The notes beneath the pieces are model-generated. The model was not told the DNA's origin. It saw only the letters and a list, made by a program, of their open reading frames with translations, and did not search any database. A DNA stretch of 64,000 nt from the human T2T-CHM13v2.0 reference genome, Homo sapiens, in assembly GCF_009914755.1 (NCBI RefSeq), contig NC_060933.1; one strand, written 5' to 3'. This document shows, in pieces, positions 18,021 through 34,910 of this stretch; position 1 is the first letter of the stretch, and every line of letters begins with the position of its first letter. A program made the position numbers and the translations under genes.

Positions 18021-19069
18021 AACACCACTTACATTCTTGAAGTACTAAAATAAATTTAGAATTTAAGCAAGACAGATTAGGAATTTCGGCTTGTATTAAT
18101 AAAAAGAACAATGAATTTGGAAAAGGAGAAAAGAGTCTTGGTTCCATTAAGGGTCTTTTATGATATGAATTGACACAAAGGAGTTAGGCTTGTGTTTTAG
18201 TGGTGGCAGAAATTTGGCTTACTGGTAACTGAGTTATACTATAAAGGTGCCCTTGCTTATGTCTCTTCCAATATGGGTGCTGTCACTTATAAATCATTTA
18301 ATGTATCTCGAATTTCTGAACACTCCTCAGGGCATTGACTAAAATTTGCATATTCCATAAATAAAAGCCACCTTTTGTGAACAGGAGAAAAATGTACTAG
18401 TTAACTATATGATAAGACTGTTTGTTTGTGTTCTTTAAATCCAGGAATGAGCCCTTTGCAAACATAGGTGGGGAGGCGAGGAGGCTTTCAGCAGGAGCTG
18501 GGTTGTCGTCTGGTTCCAGCAATTTTGTGATGCGGGCAGTGCCACTGTTCCTCAGAATGTCCAGCAGTGTGCCTGATGGACCCCCAGTACCTTCACCACC
18601 CCTTTTTATTCATATCCTCCTTTGTTCTGGGAAAGATTTAAAGCTGCCTACAGTATACATGGAACATAATGAAAAAAAAAAATGATGCTAAGCAAATGAA
18701 GAAACAGGGAGAAGAGTATCAGTAGAGGGAAGATAGAGCCATGAGTGAGAGCCGTGTTCATTTTCTGCGCCGTCAGGACTCTGCAGCTCTCCAGAAGCCA
18801 GTGTGGCCCCAGCGGCACCTGCATCTATGATAGAATTATGCCTGTGCTTCTAGCCCAGTGAGATAGATGAGCGATGGGTCTTCCAGAATGACATCAGATG
18901 CTACTGATGTCACTAACATCAGTAGTAATTTGACACTAACAAATTTCTTTATATGAAGTAAAGTTGGTTAGGAACAGTCCATTTAAGCAATCGCAGCTGT
19001 CTTTTAAGAGAAAGGTTCCCAGTCAATCTTCTCCCTCCTTTTCGAACCTCTTTTCAGTTGGGGTCATTT

Positions 19070-19457
19070 TGCCAGTTCTAGCTTTCATATACATATGTGA
19101 AGAGAAAGAGATTTATTTTAATGAATTGGCATACAGGGTTGTAGGGGATTGGTAAGTCTAAAATCTGAAGGGTAGACCAGCAGGCTGGAGACCCAGGGGA
19201 GAGATGCAATCCAATCCTCCTAGCTGGTGTGAGGTCAGTCTTTGTTCTGTTTTAAGGCCTTCAACTGATTGGATGAGGCCGACCTACATTTCAGAGGGCA
19301 ATCTGCTTTACTCAAAGTCCACCAATTTGAGTGTTAATCTCCTAAATAAAACAACAACAACAACGAAACTTTTACTGAAACAACCATAATAATGTTTGAC
19401 CAAATATTTGGGCATCATGGCCCGGCCAAGTTGATGCATAAAAATTAACCATCGCAG
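19070..19457 (-). mobile_element. MLT2-family LTR (ERVL)
   Basis: gagatttattttaatgaattggc...ccttcaactgattggatgaggcc...gttgatgcataaaaattaaccatcgca; left boundary approximate. Confidence 0.75.
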
Positions 19458-19624
19458 TCCCTCATCCTGTTTACCATGTAGGCCACCCTACAGCCATCCT
19501 TTTTGTTTAGTGTTAAAGCATGAGTGAATGAATGAACCAGAAAAAGGGAGAATTATTTACATACATATACACGTATGTATAGGTTTTGTACAATATATAT
19601 ACTCTGGATATACATGTATTATAA

Positions 19625-19952
<328 letters not shown>

Positions 19953-19954
19953 TA

Positions 19955-20297
<343 letters not shown>

Positions 20298-20753
20298 GAA
20301 AAGCCTTAAAAATGAAGAAACAAAAATGAATGAAATTTGAATAATAGAGCTGAAACTCCAATAAAAATAAAAATACTTCATATTTAAAAATAATATTTAG
20401 TGAAATAAATGAGACAAAAGGCTGAATGGCAAATAATATGTATATATGTTTGTGTATATATACAGAGACAGATAAAACATATTTCCATCCTGCTTTTTAT
20501 TTTAAATCTCATTTATATATACATAGATAGAAAATTGGCACATTTTATATTCCCCACACTAGTGACTGCAAAGGCACTTATAGCACTTTGGCATTTATTT
20601 TGCGCAATAAGAAGTGGAATGTGGTTTGATTGCTTCTGCACTGTCCTCGGATGCCGTTCCACCTTCGAGAGTCCAGGTTGCTCTGTCTTTCTGAGTTTGA
20701 GTCTGTCTAGGAAGGATAACTGGGGACGAAGATCCTGACTGAAAGTATCCTGG

Positions 20754-22017
<1,264 letters not shown>

Positions 22018-22629
22018 TGTCCAGGAGACCCACCTCTGAGGTTCAGGGGAGAGAGGAATGGAGAGAACCTGGACCTGGAAGAAAGGAGGGGAGGGCTGGA
22101 GCAGGGCAGGAGCTTCCCCTCTCTCCTCCCCCTCCTTCCCTAATCTCCCACCACATGCTCTTTCTTTTCCGCTTTAATTCCCTTCCCTCTGCCCCCCTTC
22201 CATTCTCACACATTTCCATTAGGAAGCACAGAGGGGCCCACCATAGGGTCTGTGGGAAATGGAAATGGTGACTCCACACAGGAAACACGGCTCCACCTCA
22301 TGAGAAGCCTGGGAAACGGGCATGACAGCAAGACAGTTTGGAAGGGTATTAAAAAGGGAACCGCTAGATCCTGAATGCTGTCCAAATAAATGCACCTTTG
22401 AGTCCCAGTGAAACATATGATTCTCTGGGCAAATCTAATATGTAAATTATTCACACCAGATATTTTAAAATATTAAAATGATGTTATACATCTATAAATA
22501 CACTGGCATTTTATTACTCAAAATAATATGGTGAGTCAGAATATAAAAATCACGAATGAAGTCCCTATCCCAAATCAGATGTTAGTTCCTCCCCAAAGCT
22601 GGTTCTCTTATTATCCCCATCCTTCTGAG

Positions 22630-22895
22630 GCAGCCACAAAAATTATGAACTCAGATTCTGAAATCAAAGTGACTTTCATTCAAACTCCAGCTCTGTCAGG
22701 TACAAGCTGTAAAACCTTGGGCAACTTACTTAAATGTTTTAAGCCTCAGTTTTCTCATTTATAGAATAGGAATGGAAAACTATAACTAACATGATGCCCT
22801 AAGTTTTTTGTGGCATGTTAATCAGATCGCATATATAAAATGTTTGCAATAGTGGCTGGCACAAAGTAAGTGCTCAATAAAAGCAGCTAGTATTA
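22630..22895 (+). mobile_element. MIR
   Basis: accttgggcaacttacttaa...gcctcagttttctcatt...gtaagtgctcaataaa. Confidence 0.7.
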
Positions 22896-23000
22896 TTATC
22901 ACTGTCAATGGTTTTGCCACATCAATTTAGAAACCTGAGTGGTGTCTTTGATTTTCTTACTCTTCCTCCAAGTGATGACCTACTTTATTATACTTAATAA

Positions 23001-23492
<492 letters not shown>

Positions 23493-23534
23493 TCTCAATT
23501 TAATTTTTTTACAGCATTCAAAATGATTTTCCAC

Positions 23535-23885
23535 ACCATCTGTCCCTATAGTAGACTTCATCACTGGCTTCAGTTCTTCATCCCTCTATGTCCTCTATGT
23601 ATCTGTGTCCTCTGTCCTGTGACTTTACAGCTCCTCCCACTAAAGGTCAGAAGTTATTTCTTTGACCCTTGGCTTTGGATTGGCCATATGACTTGTTGTC
23701 TTGCACCTCTGCTACCCATGAGAGGTGCTGTGTGCCCAGGGCAGCACGAGAGAGATGTAAACAGAAGCACTCTAGCTGAGTCCAGCCTAGATCAGCCAAC
23801 CCACAGATGTATGAGAAATAATAAACAAGGGTTGTTTTAAGCCACCGAGTTTGGGGGTGAGTTGTTATGTAACAATAAACCTCCA
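23535..23885 (+). mobile_element. MLT1-family LTR remnant
   Basis: MLT1-like 3' end: aataaa...ttgttttaagccac...gttgttatgtaacaata. Confidence 0.55.
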
Positions 23886-24071
23886 AATCCTTTCCATGTA
23901 ACTTCGTCCTGCAAAACTCACGTATGCTCTGATTATATGGAAGCACTCCCTGAATTCTCTGTGGCTCCCTCCACTGGAGGATATCCTTCCTCTTTCTTTA
24001 CCATCTTTTAAAACCCTATTATCCTTCTAGGTCCAGTTACTATGTCACATTTTCTGTCAAGCCTTCTCTGA

Positions 24072-24572
<501 letters not shown>

Positions 24573-25745
24573 TAAGGGAGGTGTATCTGTATTCACCTAT
24601 GTATTCTTATCAGTGCCCTATATGAAAAATGGAGTGAATTAATAAGGAGAGAAATAAATTGAAATTCACTATTTGCTTTTATGACAAAACAGGGTTGATG
24701 ACATAATGATTTTCTCACATCATGCCTGGTTTAAACTTCAACACTTGACACCACTGACACAAACTGGAAAACATTAGTAGAAGTGGAGAAAATCTGCTAA
24801 GATCTTAATTTGACCAGACTAATGTTAAAGTGTAATTTTCAAAGGGGTGAAATTATTCTCATGCAAGTATAAAATGAACTCAGTACTAAAAGAGGGAACC
24901 AATACAATGTTAAGACTCGTTTAAAGCGCATTTGAGGAACTAGGTAATATTAATATAAGCAATTTAAGAAATATTCGGATAAGAACTTTGAGTTGATACA
25001 AAATTGATTAATTACCTACAGAACAGTAAATGATAACCTTTGTAAATATCTTTTCCACTAGACAGAAATTATTTGCATCTCTACCAGACAAAAATTTACA
25101 CACTGACATGTAATTTCAGTAAGTCTGGGAATTTTGATCAGTAGTTTTAGCACTAATCAGTCATTATGGAATTATTATGCTTAGTAATCACCTAAACTAT
25201 TTTGTTGGTCATTTAATTCTCTAGATTTGGATTATAGCAGGAAGGCATGTTAAGTCAATTAAATATTTATTGACTGCCTCTGTGTGCAGATAAACACAGG
25301 CATTATGGACTAAATATGACTTATTCTCTGCCTTCACGTTCAACATTGTAAATTTTTTAGTTTGCTCTATTCTTTAGAGTTTACGATAAAATTTCCTGAA
25401 TAGTTTGATTTGTTCTTTGTAACAGCCCTGCATAGTAAGAATGGCAGGTGTGACTATGTCCATTTTATTAGTAATCCATACCTTAGTTCTGTAACTTGGT
25501 TGCAGTCCTTCAGATTATAAGTCACACATACAGTCTAGATTCAAAACAGTTTCGTGCTTTTGAGTCCAGTTTCCCTCTCTTTCCATCTAGAGCTCCCTTC
25601 TGGAGGATCTCTTGAAACAGTTTGTTGATCATGTCTTATGGTTCTCTATTTACATTTTTAAAAAGCACTTTAGAGCTGAGTCTGCAAACTGACAGAACCC
25701 ATGGAACTAACCTAGCTCAAAATACGATTTATTTGGCCTGAGTGA

Positions 25746-26103
<358 letters not shown>

Positions 26104-26134
26104 GGGACTTTTCTTTTTAAAAATGGTAAGTTTT

Positions 26135-26552
<418 letters not shown>

Positions 26553-26963
26553 TCACCCAGACTGACTCACTCATATGGCCCTCCTAATGTCTCTGGGCAT
26601 TGAGTTTGCAACCCTTGCTCACCTCTTTGGTGCTTCCTCTTTCCCCTTCGAGTCCCATGCAACGTGCAGCACCCACACGGCCTTAAGGAGAGCCAGCATT
26701 TTGAAAGTGCATGCAGAAGGAACTCTGTAGCTCCCTGCGTGGGTCTGCGGCTTCCTCTGGAAGACGGGCTCTGTCACCAGGCTCTGGTGGGAACTAATGA
26801 GCATATGTTTTCAGGTCCTGTTCTCTGTGGCTATTACAGTTTAAATGGGTTGAAATAAGACATAGAGATTCAGGGGAACATGGGGAATATATTTTTGTGG
26901 TTTAGAATTTTATTTCCCAAAGCTGTGCTTTCTGAAAGATTGCTGTTCTGAAAGATTGCTGTG

Positions 26964-27036
26964 TTAGCAAAGGTTAGGTTAGGTTAAATTAGGCTAGATT
27001 AGGTTAGGTTTAGCAAAGGTTAGGTTAGGTTAGGTT
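26964..27036 (+). repeat. Degenerate (TTAGG)n pentamer tract
   Basis: About 12 AGGTT-type units; 23-bp segment TTAGCAAAGGTTAGGTTAGGTTA repeated at 26964 and 27010. Confidence 0.9.
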
Positions 27037-27153
27037 TGTGGACATGGTCCTGGAAAAAGCATTCTGATAATTCTCTAAAGAAATAGAATGTTCTCTAGCA
27101 CATAAGCAGGAGATTAGATAATAATTTTAAGTGCAGCTGCCGGGCTCCCTGTG

Positions 27154-27231
27154 CCTAACCCTAACCCTAACCCTAACCCCTAACCCCTAACCCCTAACCC
27201 TAAACCTAACCCTAACTCTAACCCTAACCCT
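27154..27231 (-). repeat. Short interstitial telomeric sequence (CCCTAA)n / (TTAGGG)n
   Basis: About 13 units: CCCTAA with three CCCCTAA variants, one ACCTAA and one CTCTAA. Confidence 0.95.
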
Positions 27232-27293
27232 TTAGGACTAAGTTAATTAACATCTCCTAAATTGAACACTAGTTATTCATTAATAGATACGCA

Positions 27294-27994
27294 TGTGACA
27301 GAGACAAAAGGAAATTAATTGCCTAGTCTTTCCCATTTGGACTAACTTGCCTAAGAGGAGTCGATAGAGGTTTATTTAGCCAAAGTTTGAGGATGCACCC
27401 AGGAAAAAAACCTGCAACCTGTGCTTTCCTAAGAGAGTTTTGGGAACTCAGTATTTAAAGGGAAAAGGACAAGCAGGAGGGAAATAAAGGAGGAAGGGTG
27501 GGCAGTGAGGCAAATGGTTATGTTCTCCTGAGGCTCTGATTAGTGCTCAGTAAATCTATATTTTACATATGATAAAGTAAACGTGAAGAGAGGGAGTAGC
27601 TGGAAAGTCAATTATGCGTTTTTCTCAGGGTGGGTGGAGGGGTGATTTCTGGTCTCGTCCTTGTCGATAAGCTGGGCAATTGACATTGTCGGGTGCGATT
27701 GAACAGAACTTGGTTTTAGGGCTAGTTTATAGGGGGTGATATTTATCTGGAGAGATTTAGGGGCTCACAAGAAATTTCCTTGTGAGCAAATTCTGAGAGA
27801 GGCCATCTGAGGAGATACTTGGCCTCCTATCCTTGTGGGAGCCTGGCTTATGGATGAGGCTATGACACAGGGCTGTGAAATGACACCCATCTGAGAACAA
27901 AAGGAAAGGCAGTATTTTGTGACTCATTTCCCAAGCTTATCTTTCCCTTTGGCCTAGTGAGTTTGGGGTTCCCGAGTTTTGATTTACTTTCACA
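27294..27994 (-). mobile_element. MER4-family solo LTR (ERV1)
   Basis: Minus strand starts TGTGAAAGTAAATCAAAACTCGGGAACCCCAAACTCACTAGGCCAAAGGGAAAG, typical of the MER4 5' end; minus-strand AATAAA near 27371; left boundary uncertain. Confidence 0.75.
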
Positions 27995-28014
27995 TCCCAA
28001 GGGATAGCAATGCT

Positions 28015-28470
28015 CAGTGGGACGGGAAGGGGAGGCGGGTGCCTCGTCGCTATTCACCACTTTGTTACTTGCTGCACAAATAGTTGCTCTGTGCGAGGAA
28101 AAGGGCCTTGTGAGAGGGAGCCTGGGAGGCTGCGAGGCTGGTAGACAGCTAGTCACCTCATCTCGGGTTCAGAGCAAGGGCTGACATCTCAGCGGATCTG
28201 GCTTCAGCTCCTCACGGGTCCTGTGCCCTGTCAGTTGCCTACCCTTTCGGGGCGTCAGGCTCTTCATCTGCAAAATGAGGAAAGCAGAATTTCTTTCCAC
28301 AAAGTGTGGTTGTGATAATTCAGTGAGGAACCTGGGTGAGTGACTGGCTAGAGCAGACACTACAAAAATAGTAGCCCCGCCCCTCCCGCCAATATACATT
28401 AGCTTCCTTTCTTCTCAATGCTAAAAGCGTGGAATCCCTCCGAGGGCAGTGAATGGACAAAGTACAGCGA
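28015..28470. promoter_or_regulatory. CpG-enriched candidate enhancer/promoter with GC box and CCAAT
   Basis: About 15 CpGs in ~450 bp; GCCCCGCCCC at 28374-28383; CCAAT at 28389-28393; AP-1 TGACTCA at 27920-27926 in the adjacent LTR. Confidence 0.45.
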
Positions 28471-28735
28471 TGGAGAATGTTGGCCCTGGAGCAGACTGCC
28501 TGTGCTTGAGCCCCTCCCTGAAAATTGGTGATGATGCGACCTTGAGCTAACTGTACAACCTCTTTGTGCCTCAGTTTATACTTAATACTAGGTATAAAAA
28601 TTGCACCTATCTCAAAGGGTTGATTGTGAGGATTATATACTATAGTGCAGGTAAGCACTGAGCACAGGGCCAGGCATATAGTAGAGGCTCAACGAACATC
28701 AGTCTTTTAAAAAAATAATAATAATAACTAGATGC

Positions 28736-29045
<310 letters not shown>

Positions 29046-29117
29046 CTAGATGCAAAAGTTCATCTCTTTTTTTGAAAACTGAAGTAAAAATTACATAAAT
29101 AAGAGTAACTATTATCC

Positions 29118-29445
<328 letters not shown>

Positions 29446-30660
29446 TATTATTATCCATTTTAAAGTGTGCAGTTCAGTGAAATTTCGTGGGTTGACAATA
29501 TTGGGCAAACATCACCTCTATTTAGTTTGAAGATATTTTAATCATCCAAGAGGAAACCCTGTACCCGTTAAGCAGTCACTTCCTATGCACCCCTCCCCTA
29601 GCCTTGGCAACTACTGATCTACTTCCCGTCTCTATAGATTTGCCTATTCCGTATATTTTATATAAAAGGATGCATACAATATGTAACCTTTTAAGACAGG
29701 CTTCTATGGTTCATCATAATATTTTTGAGGTTCAAAAGCCATTATTTCGATTATTGCTATCCTCTGAACTCCTCTGGCTAATATCCCAGCATTATTAGCT
29801 TACTTTTGGGGAGTGAAGGTACTTTTAAGAAAACAAGTTAATGGTTAAAATGCTCTTTCTGGACAAATGGAGCCTCTTTCTGTGCATGTTTAAGTGTCAG
29901 ACACCTTAGGGTAAGTGGGAAAGAAAGCTATCCCTGGGTCACTGAAGCCCCACAGTGGCACAAGTGACAGGGCGGGATGTGCCTGCCTTGCTAGTGGGAA
30001 GACCCAAAGGAACAGATTAGGGCTGAATTGTCCCTTACCCACAGCTACAGTTTATGAGGCTGGAGAGCAAATACCAACATTTAGGGAGCAGAATGCTGAA
30101 GACCAGCATGAAGAACTGTGTCCACATTTCTCCATGTCACTGGGCCTTAGGCAGGTGTTGAGCATTGAGGTAACAGGCAAAGGGGTCGACAAACAATGCC
30201 TCACACTAGGAGCAGGAGAGAGAAACTCCAGGGACGGCAGCCCAAAGCCCTTGCCCAGGGAGAAGCTCCTTTTAAAAGAAAGTCATCAACCTACAAACCA
30301 GTCATAGGTCCTTTCCTGTAATATGCACTTATTGAGTGCCTGGCTACCAGGGTCATGAAAATTAACAAAATGAGGTCCTAGGAATGTCAGTGTCATGAGG
30401 AACAAATAAGTGAATCCGCATAAAGGGCTTAGACCAGGGTCTGGCATATAGTACTCAATGAGCGTTAGCTGTTATTATTACTGTTATCATGGTGGCTTGA
30501 TTGATGGATTATTTTCTGATTATTAATTATAGTAGTAGTAGCAGTAGCAGTAAGATAGGGAAATAGATGGGTAGATAGATACATGCACAGATAGACAGAT
30601 AAATAAATATCAATTCAGTCCTTTGGGGATGGGGGATTCTGTCAGTTGCTGTGTAGATCT

Positions 30661-31379
30661 TGTGTTAGGCCATTCTTGCATTGCTACAAAGAAATATCTG
30701 AGACTGGGTAATTTATAAAGAAAAGAGGTTTAATTAGCTCCCAGTTCTGCAGGCTGTACAAGCATGGCACCAGCATCTGCTTAGCTTCTGGTGAGGCCTC
30801 AGGGAGCTTTTACTCATGGCAAAAGATGAATTGAGAGCAAGAGCATCGCATGGCTAGAGCAGGAGGAAGGAATAGAGAGTAGGGAAAAGTGACACACACC
30901 TTTAAAGAGCCAGATCATTGGGCGCGGTGGCTCATGCATGTAATCCCAGCACTTTGGAGGTCGAGGTGGGTGGATCACCTGAGGTCAGAAATTTGAAACC
31001 AACCTGGCCAACATGGTGAAACCCCGTCTCTACTAAAAATACAAAAATTAGCCGGACGCTAAAATTAGGTGGTATAAACCTGTAGTCCCAGCTACTTAGG
31101 AGGCCGAGGCATGAGAATCACTTGAACCTGGGAGGCCGGGGTTGCAGTGAGCTGAGATTGCGCCACTGCACTCCAGTTTGGGCGACAGAGCAAGACTCCA
31201 TCTCAAAAATAAATAAATAGCCAGATTTTGCAAGAAGTCACTATCGCGAGGAAGGTACCAAGTCATTCACGAGAGATCCGTCTCTATGACCCAAACACCT
31301 CCCACCAGGCCCCACCACCAACACTGGGGATAACATCTCGACATGAGATTTGGAGGGGACACATATCTAAACTATATCA
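30661..31379 (-). mobile_element. MST (MaLR) solo LTR interrupted by an Alu (+, ~30918-31220)
   Basis: TG...CA ends; perfect 5-bp TSD GATCT at 30656-30660 and 31380-31384. Confidence 0.88.
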
Positions 31380-32536
31380 GATCTATTCCAATTACACGTT
31401 TCCAAAATGGGAAAATAACCACAGATGACTTCAGGGACCCACCACCACTACTGTGATGCAAACCTGAGCTCCATAGATCATGGACCTTCATAGGTCCTCT
31501 CTAACTGGTGGGCAACAGTGGCATTTGGTTCTCCAGAAAGTAGTGTCCGTTCAAAGCCAGTGACTAGTAATCCCTCCCAAAGTCTGGTTACTCCCCCTTT
31601 TCCAATCCAAAGTCACTTAGTAGGTGACCTCAGGTGCCTTGGGGGAAGGCTGGGAGGTGTAAATTTCTGGTAGTTTAGCAAGTTTTTTCCTCAAGGGGCC
31701 CTGGGTCTAAGAACTGGTGCAAGTGTGGAAATTGACTAAGGGACCATATGTCTCCATTTTGATGATTCTAATCCGACTTCTCTTGACCAAACTTAGAGCT
31801 TTTTAGCTTACACAAACAAGTAAGACTTTAGAAAGCAAGCCATGTATATCAATTCTAGAGACAGCCTAATCAACTAACCCATTACTAAATCACCGCCAGT
31901 CTGGTTAAAGATTACTGTTCCACTCTACGGCCTATCCTTATAGCCATACCCATCCCTGTAACCGTGCTCACCATGTCTTTGGCAATCAGGTATAGCCACG
32001 TGGCCTCTACCATCCAGAGTTCCCATCACTTCCCTATCAGAGAAACCCACCAACAGGGAAAGGATCAGAAATTGCAGCTGGACTTTTTAACTCCAAATGA
32101 ATGTTTGAAGGCTCAGGTCTAAATTTCTGGATATTGATACAATATAAATGTGTGGTTAATACCTTGATCTATTCTTTAAAAAAAAAAAACTTCCTTCAAA
32201 TCGATAAGGAAAGCTGAAAGCCCAATAGTAATATGGGTAAGGAATAAAATTTTTGAAAAAGCAATACAAATAGCAAATGAATATATGAAAAAATATTCAG
32301 CTCCACTAATAACAATATGAAAATAAGAAAACAATGAAATAATATTTTTCATCTGTGGGGAAGGATACAGAGAAAGAACCCTAGAGTTTCATGTTTTGTA
32401 GTTGGAAGTATAAATTGGCACAAATTTTCTGCAGGACAACATAGCAATATACATCAAAACCCCTAAAATAGATTCACCTTTGATCCACACTTCCTTTTTG
32501 TGATATAATAGATTAAATATAAAAGTATATTAAGAT

Positions 32537-32905
<369 letters not shown>

Positions 32906-33249
32906 CTAAGTGTTCAACAATAGGGATTTGTTTTAAATAAATTATGGTAAATCCATGGAATATTCAGATATTCATTCATTCATTCAACAAGCATTTAATG
33001 AGCACCTACCTTGTACCAAATACTGTTGTAAAATTATCTGTTTTTATGGAGAGGTTGGAGACACAGAATAGATAAATGTTTAAAGTTTAGGTCATATGAG
33101 TGCTGTGATGAGAATTAAAAGGGTGATGTGATAAAGAGTGACTGGGGGTAGGGTTACTTTAGGTAGGTAGGGAAAAGTCTGAAGAAGTATCACTTAAGAA
33201 GAGATGAAGATGGCAAGAGGGATATTAGAAATCATTATGTATATAAGCT

Positions 33250-33578
<329 letters not shown>

Positions 33579-33605
33579 TGAAAATATATTAGAAAACCTA
33601 TTTTT

Positions 33606-33871
<266 letters not shown>

Positions 33872-33959
33872 CTATTTTTTTTCGTGAAACCGTATATATG
33901 AGGGTAAGGTGGGGTGGGAGGTGGGGAATATGCTGGAAAGATGTCCAAAGGAACTGACT

Positions 33960-34490
33960 GTGGTTAGACTACTTTCCCAGCTGCTAGTACCTGAAAACCC
34001 GTCTCAAAGCTCATTTAATAATACAGGAAGTTATTGATCATGAAACTGAAAAGTTGAGGCTTCCAGGGGCTCAATAATGTCTCAGAGGGGCTGGTTTCTT
34101 TCTGTCTCTTCTGCATGCTTGGGAGTTGCTTCACCTCTCATGATCCCAAGGTGGTGGCCAACAGTTCCTAGGGCTACATATTTCCTCATTCAGGGGGAGT
34201 AGAGAATATCTTTGCTTCAACATCCTAGAAACAGACATGAATGTCACTTTAATTGGACTGGCTTGGGTGGCATGACTGATCCCGAACCAAATTCCTTGGC
34301 CAGGACAGTGGGCTATGATGATTGACTTAAACCATTGAGGACCCAACCACAGAGCTGAGAGTGAGGCAATCTCTGCACCACCAGCCTGAGCACTGGCAGG
34401 GAGAGGACATTTCCCAAAGGAAGGGTGGGGAAACCTTTCCTAGATGAAAGGGGGAAGGAGCTGCATAGCAAATACTAGTAGTTGAGTACA
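33960..34490 (-). mobile_element. MLT1-family LTR remnant
   Basis: Degenerate MLT1J/K-like motifs (caaggtggtggccaacagttc; attggactggcttgggt). Confidence 0.5.
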
Positions 34491-34591
34491 AAAAAAATCA
34501 CCAAAAAACAAATAATGGTTGTATCTGAGCTTTGAATCATAGGATAACTAGAGATTTTCATTTCCTGTTCTATACTTTACAATACGTCTGA

Positions 34592-34910
<319 letters not shown>

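Noticed and set aside
26964-27231. A true ancestral chromosome end-to-end fusion site
   Set aside because: The arrays are short, use different unit lengths, are separated by unique DNA and have no recognisable subtelomeric flanks. Kept only as an unusual ITS configuration.
31480-32100. Repeat-free stretch with a C/A-rich patch suggestive of a NUMT or ERV internal fragment
   Set aside because: No recognisable mitochondrial or retroviral motif and no ORF. A BLAST/Dfam search would be needed.
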